This document shows, piece by piece, positions 37,495 through 44,275 of a stretch of 44,275 nt of DNA. How positions within the stretch are numbered: position 1 is the stretch's first letter; each line of letters starts with the position of its first letter. The position numbers were made by a program, and so were the translations under genes. Below the pieces are notes generated by a model. It was not told the origin of the DNA. It did not search any database and saw nothing but the letters and a program-made list of their open reading frames with translations. Origin of the DNA: Promethearchaeota archaeon (GTDB taxonomy: Archaea; Asgardarchaeota; Hermodarchaeia; Hermodarchaeales; Hermodarchaeaceae); NCBI GenBank assembly GCA_048938385.1, contig JBHLMG010000021.1:1-44275 (forward strand), written 5' to 3'.

Positions 37495-38313
37495 ATGCAT
37501 TTGGAACTCATAAGAAACGAGCCTGCTGTTCTTCTTCGTGGTAGTCGGCGTAAGGTTCTCATTGTTGCTGATTTGCATATAGGATATGAGCGAACACTGG
37601 TTCAACAAGAAAATTATTCGAGCAAGATAACAGAACAGGTTCTCCAACACCTGGATGGCATTGTGGAGCGCGTAAAACCTACCGAAATCATCATATTAGG
37701 CGATTTGAAGCACACGATTCGTACCTTTTCGAAGCAAGAGTTCCGAAGTATAGCATTAGGCTTAGCTCGGCTTCAACAACGGGCAACTCTAACTGTAGTC
37801 CGTGGAAATCATGATGCCGATCTTGAGTTAGTTGTTCCGGATGGTGCAGCAATCATTCCATCATCAGGATTTAAACTGAGCTTTGGTAAGCATCGTATCT
37901 ACCTTTTACATGGTCATGCCCAACCCACTGAAGAAATTCTATCATGCCAGCATTTGCTCATGGCACATGTTCATCCAGTAATAACCACTACCACTCTAAA
38001 AGGGCGAAAATCTAAACACCGCGTCTGGGTAAAAACTGGATGGCAGCCAACCGTTATTGAAGCATTTACTCAGTGGTTTGGTAATCGAGTAGTGGAAAAA
38101 CACCCAGAAACCATCTCAAGTGTGCTTGATATGAAAATACTTGTAATCCCCGCATTTCTTGATTTATTACATGGACATGTTCTCAATAACTCAGCTTCGA
38201 AACGGTTTCAAGGAAACCCCATATACCGTCATTTAAATTTAAACCAAGCAGAGATCGTGATGCTCGATCACACCTACCTTGGTACAGTTCAGCAACTTCA
38301 TGAAACAGAATAA
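37495..38313 (+). CDS. Lhr-associated metallophosphoesterase (MPE/PdeM-like)
   Basis: ADLHIG, LGDLKH, RGNHD, HGH, HVHP, IPAF. Confidence 0.9.
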   Translation: MHLELIRNEPAVLLRGSRRKVLIVADLHIGYERTLVQQENYSSKITEQVLQHLDGIVERVKPTEIIILGDLKHTIRTFSKQEFRSIALGLARLQQRATLTVVRGNHDADLELVVPDGAAIIPSSGFKLSFGKHRIYLLHGHAQPTEEILSCQHLLMAHVHPVITTTTLKGRKSKHRVWVKTGWQPTVIEAFTQWFGNRVVEKHPETISSVLDMKILVIPAFLDLLHGHVLNNSASKRFQGNPIYRHLNLNQAEIVMLDHTYLGTVQQLHETE

Positions 38314-38360
38314 AGGCTAAGGAAAATATTTAACTCCAATTTACTTTATCCTGCATCGCT

Positions 38361-38530
38361 GGGCCGGTGGTCTAGCTTGGTATAGGCAAGAAGACTGCTT
38401 TCTTCAGACCGCTAACGATTCGCGGTTCGGGACCATGAAAGCTCAAATCTTCATGGCGAGATTCCGTGAGATCTGGGGTTCAAAGCCAGATGGGAACTTC
38501 CATCTGGAGAAACTCCCCATCGGCCCACCA
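38361..38530 (+). tRNA. tRNA-Pro(CGG) with three introns (22/23: 38384-38416; 37/38: 38432-38462; 59/60: 38485-38513), CCA encoded
   Basis: Removing the three BHB-flanked segments gives GGGCCGGTGGTCTAGCTTGGTATGATTCGCGGTTCGGGTCCGTGAGATCTGGGGTTCAAATCCCCATCGGCCCACCA, a complete cloverleaf; a T-tract follows. Confidence 0.92.
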
Positions 38531-38622
38531 TTTTCATTGTTTTTTGCTCGTAACCCAAGTTTTAATTTCGGCAATCCCCGTAATTTTGGTGAATTTGCGT
38601 AAAGCACTTAAAGAATAGTTGG

Positions 38623-39411
38623 ATGCGTGTAGCTATGCCTGTCTCAGCGCAGGTCAGACAGCGTCTTGCAAGACGAATCGCAGGGGAGATATCGCTATCG
38701 GATAACCCGGGGCGTGTTATGCGAAAATGGCGAGAAATGTTTCATATCCCTCAAATCCAATTAGCAGAGAATTTCGTACCAATTGACGAAAAAACCCCCA
38801 CCCCCGGCGTATCACCCTCAGTAATTAGTGACTATGAAAGTGGACGCCGTCAATCACCTGGAACAAAAACTATCAAACGCTTCGTTGAAACCATAATCGC
38901 TTTAGATGAACAAAATGGCGGACAGATCATTAATGCTTTCCAGCGACTGATGGGTGTAGAGATCCCTACTAACATCATTATTGATGTTAGCGAATTCGCT
39001 CAAGGAATAACAGCAAAAGAGTTTCTTGAAACACTTCGAGGGCAGGTGGTGGCCTGTGAAGAGCTACTCAATCGTGAAATTCTTGGCTATTTGGCTATTG
39101 ATACAGCAGAGGCACTTGATGGTCTTTCTAGTAATGGATTTCTGAAATTATTTGAGGCTTCCACGGATCGCGCTTTGGTTCTTATCAATGCATCAACCGG
39201 TCGATCCCCATTAGTCGCAGCAAAAGGTGATGTTAAACCAAGTCTTTTTGTACTACATGGAGTAGAACAAATCGACTATTTAGCAATCGAACTTGCAGAA
39301 CGCGAGCGTTTTCCGCTAGCAATCTCTCGACCAGAATCAGTGGAAAACATGTTAAGGCGATTACAAACCCTACGAAAACATACAGTGACAGAAACCCAAG
39401 GAAGAAAGTGA
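38623..39411 (+). CDS. Archaeal HTH (XRE-like) transcriptional regulator, COG1709-like
   Basis: RIAGEISLSDNPG..RKWREMF, GVSPSVISDYESGRR.SPG, STGRSPLVA. Confidence 0.88.
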   Translation: MRVAMPVSAQVRQRLARRIAGEISLSDNPGRVMRKWREMFHIPQIQLAENFVPIDEKTPTPGVSPSVISDYESGRRQSPGTKTIKRFVETIIALDEQNGGQIINAFQRLMGVEIPTNIIIDVSEFAQGITAKEFLETLRGQVVACEELLNREILGYLAIDTAEALDGLSSNGFLKLFEASTDRALVLINASTGRSPLVAAKGDVKPSLFVLHGVEQIDYLAIELAERERFPLAISRPESVENMLRRLQTLRKHTVTETQGRK

Positions 39412-39737
39412 ATATGACGGAAAAAATCGCGATAATTGGTGATATCGATACAGTTGTCGGGTTCCGCTTAGCAGGTATTCTGAAGGCCCAATCGCCTACC
39501 GAGGCAACAGTAACTCGAAAAGCGTTACTTGATTTCTCAAAAGACCCCACTGTATCAATAATTATAATTACTGAACAATTGGCGGAGGCAGTTCGCGACA
39601 CCATCGAAGAAATATCCCAACAACCTTACCCCGTTATTGTGGAAATTCCAGATAAGAGTGGCCATCTGTTAGAGAAGGAAAGCCCAATCCGACGCCTAGT
39701 CAAGCGTGCTATTGGAGTGGAACTTGAGGGATTTTGA
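39408..39737 (+). CDS. atpF: A/V-type ATP synthase subunit F
   Basis: KIAIIGDIDTVVGFRLAG, PVIVEIP, VKRAIG. Confidence 0.95.
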   Translation: MNMTEKIAIIGDIDTVVGFRLAGILKAQSPTEATVTRKALLDFSKDPTVSIIIITEQLAEAVRDTIEEISQQPYPVIVEIPDKSGHLLEKESPIRRLVKRAIGVELEGF

Positions 39738-39824
39738 AACTTCGGTATCACCATAAGATTTTTGACAATTGAATATAGCTGATAGAGAAACCGAAATGCC
39801 GCGTATCATTAAGGGCGATTAAGT

Positions 39825-41600
39825 ATGACTTCACGAATTGGAAACATCCAACGAATAGCCGGACCTCTAATTGAGGCAGATGGACTCCTTGGAGTCACCA
39901 TGTTTGAGGTATGCAGAGTCGGTAAAGAAGAACTAATTGGCGAAGTTAATCGTGTCGTCGAGGATCGGGCATACATCCAAGTCTATGAAGAGACCTCTGG
40001 ATTGAAACCTGGTGAAAAAGTTGTTGCTACTGGAACTTCACTTGATGTGGAACTTGGACCAGGACTCATTGGGTCAATCTTTGACGGAATCCAACGACCA
40101 CTTCCAAGCATCAAAGAACAATCCGGAGACTTCATTACCCGTGGTGTCACAGCCCCACCACTCCCCGTAGATAAAAAATGGCCATTAAAACCCACAGTCG
40201 AGAAAGGCATTACCGTAAAGCCCGGCGATATCATCGGAACCGTACAGGAAACCAGCGTATTTCTTCACCGCATACTTGTACCTCCAGGCGTTGAAGGAAA
40301 ACTCACCCACATTGTAGCTGATGGTGAGTACACTATTCGAGAGAAAATCGCCCAAGTTCAAACCGCATCAGGAACCCGCGACCTTACACTCACTCAAAGA
40401 TGGCCCGTACGCATAGCACGACCTCATAACGGAAAGATCGGAACCGAAGTCCCCCTATACACCGGTCAACGCGTCATCGACACCTTCTTCCCAGTCGCAA
40501 AAGGTGGAACTGGCGCCATCCCTGGCGGGTTCGGCACTGGTAAAACAGTAACCCTCCACCAGCTTGCCAAATGGGCTGATGCGGATATCATCGTTTATGT
40601 TGGTTGTGGTGAACGCGGCAATGAAATGACGGAAGTCCTCGAAGACTTTCCCAAACTAAAGGATCCTAAAAGCGGTAAATCCTTGATGGAACGGACGATA
40701 CTAGTTGCCAACACAAGCAACATGCCGGTAGCTGCACGCGAAGCCTCAATTTATACCGGGATCACGCTAGCGGAGTATTTCAGAGATCAGGGGTACGATG
40801 TAGCCTTGATGGCTGATAGTACTTCTCGTTGGGCTGAAGCGTTACGAGAAATTTCAGGGCGCCTAGAAGAGATGCCTGGCGAAGAAGGTTATCCTGCTTA
40901 TCTTGGAAGCCGCTTAGCTGAGTTTTATGAACGCGCTGGGCGAGTTAGAACCCTCGGTCAAGAGCCACGACTTGGAAGCGTTACAGTTACTGGAGCGGTT
41001 TCTCCTGCCGGTGGAGACTTCTCAGAACCGGTGACGCAATCCACACTTCGGATTACTAAGGTATTCTGGGCTCTTGACAAGGATATGGCTTCAAGAAGGT
41101 TCTTCCCAGCGATCAATTACTTGCAGAGCTATTCGTTGTACAAAGATGAACTCACACAGTGGTACCAAGAAAAAATGGGGTCAGATTGGCCAGAAATTAC
41201 TGAAGAAGCACTTTCTATTCTTCAACGAGATAAGGAGCTGCGTGAGATTGTCCAGCTCGTCGGACCAGACGCTTTACCTGAACGAGAGCGGGCTATCCTA
41301 GAAGCCGCTCGAATGGTAAAGGAAGACTATCTCATGCAATCAGCATTGCATCCGATTGATACCTATTGCCCAGAAGAAAAGGGCTACTGGATGCTAAAGA
41401 TCATCATGTACTTTTGGAAACGAATGCGACAAGCCATTGATGAGGGGATGGCCCTTCGAAACATAGTTGCACTTCCAGTGGTTAGCAAAATCGCACGAAT
41501 GAAAGTTCAACCCCATGAGGACAAGAAAGCAATGGTACAGTATTTCAAAGAACTTGAAACAGATATTAACAACGAATTTATGTCAATTGAAACGAATTAG
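39825..41600 (+). CDS. atpA: A/V-type ATP synthase subunit A
   Basis: [56 protein letters not shown]; no intein. Confidence 0.98.
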   Translation: MTSRIGNIQRIAGPLIEADGLLGVTMFEVCRVGKEELIGEVNRVVEDRAYIQVYEETSGLKPGEKVVATGTSLDVELGPGLIGSIFDGIQRPLPSIKEQSGDFITRGVTAPPLPVDKKWPLKPTVEKGITVKPGDIIGTVQETSVFLHRILVPPGVEGKLTHIVADGEYTIREKIAQVQTASGTRDLTLTQRWPVRIARPHNGKIGTEVPLYTGQRVIDTFFPVAKGGTGAIPGGFGTGKTVTLHQLAKWADADIIVYVGCGERGNEMTEVLEDFPKLKDPKSGKSLMERTILVANTSNMPVAAREASIYTGITLAEYFRDQGYDVALMADSTSRWAEALREISGRLEEMPGEEGYPAYLGSRLAEFYERAGRVRTLGQEPRLGSVTVTGAVSPAGGDFSEPVTQSTLRITKVFWALDKDMASRRFFPAINYLQSYSLYKDELTQWYQEKMGSDWPEITEEALSILQRDKELREIVQLVGPDALPERERAILEAARMVKEDYLMQSALHPIDTYCPEEKGYWMLKIIMYFWKRMRQAIDEGMALRNIVALPVVSKIARMKVQPHEDKKAMVQYFKELETDINNEFMSIETN

Positions 41601-41669
41601 TTATACTATATTCCAATCAAGTTAATGGCACTTGATTAAAGCCGCCCTAACGGGGAAAGGCGTATTAGA

Positions 41670-42662
41670 ATGATTGATGAAACTCGGAAAGCAATTCGAT
41701 GGGGGAGAAGCAAAACCTTAGTAGTTAGCCTACCTCGGCGTTGGATAACGAAGCATGCTATTGAGCCAGACTCACAACTTCATATCCAAGAAGGACCTGA
41801 AGGGGCGCTCCGAATTACGCCTCTACAGATTTCTGGAGCACCTTCTGATAAAACGGCTACACTCCGTCTTTTAGACCAAGATGAATTAACCTTAACCACC
41901 ATCTTAGAAACACATTATGTTGTAGGCTATGATCAATTAGCAATCGAGAGTAGCCGGCGGATTAATGAACTCGTTAAGAAAACCTTGTCAAATATTGTTA
42001 ACAATCTCCCTGGATACGAGATTTTAGAGAGCACGGATCGCCGTGTTGTAATCAAATGTGTTACTGCACTTCTTGGTCATGACATCATGGAATTTGTCAA
42101 AATGAGTAGCCGTATCACAATGGAAATGATCGACCGCCTTATCTCGGGTTTACGAGCCGGACAAGATGAAACAGAGCGTGTAGCGAACGAAATTATATTG
42201 GATAGCTGGCGACAGCGCGGTAACTATTTGCGCGCTCAACGAGTATTAAGAAAAGCCCTTATCACTCGCCCAACGGGACTAACTCTTGAGCCTGCGGATA
42301 TCTTTGACACCGCCTACTTTGCGTTACAGCTAAGCAGCATACATGAAAACATCCAACATATCGCCGAAGCGCTTACCCGTCGTCAACCACCAAGCGATCA
42401 AAATAAACTTGCTGTCGCTGCACTCAGTAAAGTTTATGGCAATCTGAAAAAGGCTGTTGCCGCCTTTCTTCAACGAAACCGGGAAATGGCTCGTCAGGTA
42501 TTAGGTGAAATTCCCTTGCTTCGACAATGGAAACGCCAGACAGAGACTATCGTCGATGTCATGAAGGATTCAGTGATTACGCAAATCATTCTTGATCGGA
42601 TGGAGGAAATGCTATCATATAACGGCGGAATTGCAAAAACTGCTTTGTTGCTAAAAACCTGA
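41670..42662 (+). CDS. Divergent AbrB-PhoU family regulator inserted between atpA and atpB
   Basis: ETRK..WG.SKTLVVSLPRRW, YVVGYD, LPGYEILE as in archaeal PhoU; acidic PhoU motifs are degenerate. Confidence 0.75.
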   Translation: MIDETRKAIRWGRSKTLVVSLPRRWITKHAIEPDSQLHIQEGPEGALRITPLQISGAPSDKTATLRLLDQDELTLTTILETHYVVGYDQLAIESSRRINELVKKTLSNIVNNLPGYEILESTDRRVVIKCVTALLGHDIMEFVKMSSRITMEMIDRLISGLRAGQDETERVANEIILDSWRQRGNYLRAQRVLRKALITRPTGLTLEPADIFDTAYFALQLSSIHENIQHIAEALTRRQPPSDQNKLAVAALSKVYGNLKKAVAAFLQRNREMARQVLGEIPLLRQWKRQTETIVDVMKDSVITQIILDRMEEMLSYNGGIAKTALLLKT

Positions 42663-42809
42663 TCAAGCCCAACAGCTTCTCTGTTTAACCCTATACAAAG
42701 AAAGTTCAAATTTCTTGTTTTAAAGTAATGCTTAAAAGTTGCAGAGCCTAGTCACCGAACCCAGCTGATTCCACAGATAACTGAAATTAGACTGCTTGAG
42801 GCTGTAATT

Positions 42810-44225
42810 ATGACAGGCAGAGAAGCTGCAATGTTGAAACCGACTTATCAAACGGTAACTACTGTATCAGGACCTCTTCTGATTTTAGATAAAGTAGCAG
42901 ATGTTGCATACAACGAACTGGTTGAAGTTACTGCCCCAGATGGTAGCCTTCGTCGTGGGACCGTCTTAGAAGCCATGCGAGGACGAGCAATTGTCCAAGT
43001 GTTTGAGGGGACCCGGGGACTAGATACAAGTGAAACACGAGTTCGACTAACAGGAGAAACCATGCGAACACCAGTAACTATCGATTTACTTGGACGCGTC
43101 CTAAACGGATCAGGTATACCTATCGATAAGGGACCACCTATTGTCCCAGACGATGAACTAGACCTTAATGGCGCCCCAATGAACCCTGATGCACGTCAAT
43201 ACCCCCGAGAATTTATTCAAACCGGATTGAGCGTGATCGACGGACTCAATACGCTAGTCCGAGGGCAAAAACTCCCCATTTTCAGTGGCTCCGGTCTTCC
43301 ACACGATCGAGTTGCAGCTCAAATTACACGCCAAGCAAAAATTCCTGGAAAAGAAGAACAATTCGCAGTTATCCTTTGTGCAATTGGAATTACCGCTGAA
43401 ACCGCGCAATTTTACATAAAAACCCTCGAAGAAACTGGCGCTTTAGCAAGTAGCGTACTTGTCCTCAACCTCGCAGATGACCCACCCATTGAACGAATCA
43501 TTACACCACGAACAGCACTAACAATTGCTGAGTATCTGGCCTTTGAGCAAAACATGCATGTTCTAGTTATTCTAACTGACATGCTTAATTATGCCAATGC
43601 GTTACGTGAAATCTCAGCAGCACGCGAAGAAGTTCCAGGACGACGAGGATATCCGGGCTACTTGTACACTGACCTTTCGTCAATCTATGAACGAGCTGGT
43701 CGTATCATCGGGAGAAAAGGAACTATTACCCAAATGCCTATTCTCACTATGCCTGGAGACGACATCACTCACCCTGTCGCAGACCTTACAGGTTACATCA
43801 CGGAAGGTCAATTAATAACGAGCCGATCTCTCCATAACAAGGGAATCTACCCACCTGTTGATCCTGCTCCAAGCCTAAGCCGATTAATGAAGGAAGGAAT
43901 AGGCGAGGGACACACAAGAGCGGATCATAACGAGGTTCAAGCCCAGTTGTATTATGCTGCCAGTGAGGGGTCAGATCTCCGAGATCTCGTCGCAGTTGTC
44001 GGAGAAGGCGCACTATCTGACCGGGACCGAGTTTACCTTCAGTTTATCGAAACATTTGAAGAAGAATTCATTAACCAAGGTGAGTTCGAAGAGCGAACTA
44101 TTGAACAAACCCTTGACCTTGGATGGGAAATGCTTTCCAAGTTTCCCGAACGAGAACTCAAACGAATTGACCCTGAAACAATTGAAAAAGCCAAAACCCA
44201 AGGAAAGTATCGCTATTTATCATAG
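42810..44225 (+). CDS. atpB: A/V-type ATP synthase subunit B
   Basis: [50 protein letters not shown]. Confidence 0.98.
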   Translation: MTGREAAMLKPTYQTVTTVSGPLLILDKVADVAYNELVEVTAPDGSLRRGTVLEAMRGRAIVQVFEGTRGLDTSETRVRLTGETMRTPVTIDLLGRVLNGSGIPIDKGPPIVPDDELDLNGAPMNPDARQYPREFIQTGLSVIDGLNTLVRGQKLPIFSGSGLPHDRVAAQITRQAKIPGKEEQFAVILCAIGITAETAQFYIKTLEETGALASSVLVLNLADDPPIERIITPRTALTIAEYLAFEQNMHVLVILTDMLNYANALREISAAREEVPGRRGYPGYLYTDLSSIYERAGRIIGRKGTITQMPILTMPGDDITHPVADLTGYITEGQLITSRSLHNKGIYPPVDPAPSLSRLMKEGIGEGHTRADHNEVQAQLYYAASEGSDLRDLVAVVGEGALSDRDRVYLQFIETFEEEFINQGEFEERTIEQTLDLGWEMLSKFPERELKRIDPETIEKAKTQGKYRYLS

Positions 44226-44275
44226 AGAAACAAACCAGAAAATTTCTTCACGGACAACGCAGGAGAAACCGTTAT

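Noticed and set aside
38776-38805. HTH insertion as a BHB mRNA intron
   Set aside because: The C-rich 3' side has no pairing partner, no bulge-helix-bulge can be drawn, and the frame is intact.
25807-41600. Inteins in DP2, Lhr or ATPase A
   Set aside because: Protein lengths are normal and motifs are contiguous at the usual insertion sites.
1-44275. CRISPR arrays, IS elements, prophage or defence islands
   Set aside because: No regularly spaced direct repeats, transposase, integrase or cas-like ORFs were noticed by eye.

Overview
Core-genome window from an archaeon, most likely Asgard (Rab-like small GTPase, ZSWIM7/SWS1-like and PAC4-like proteins, Elf1, PolD, large RPA); Bathyarchaeia cannot be excluded from sequence alone. 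It holds the 5' part of a 23S rRNA gene with its own promoters and no linked 16S, an RNase P RNA, and three tRNAs that all carry bulge-helix-bulge (BHB) introns: Lys(UUU) with 2, Leu(CAG) with 1 in the D-loop, and Pro(CGG) with 3. About 35 housekeeping CDS are present (DmpA, two AbrB-PhoU regulators, Nth, Tsr3, Nnr, IMPase, Hef, PorCDAB, HD dNTPase, beta-CASP nuclease, Sec61beta, GlyA, DP2, GT2, Elf1, RPA, Lhr, MPE, A/V-ATPase F/A/B). No mobile element, CRISPR array or intein was seen. The best leads are: (1) an RPA-Lhr-SWS1-like SWIM-metallophosphoesterase DNA-repair locus, plus a distant beta-CASP nuclease with a PIP box; (2) an unannotated 35-aa OST4-like single-TM ORF inside that locus, with a possible antisense promoter; (3) the triple-intron tRNA-Pro; (4) a triple-zinc-site gene that seems to start at ATT; (5) a degenerate PhoU inserted between atpA and atpB. 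All homology calls come from motif recognition and recalled sequences, not database searches.
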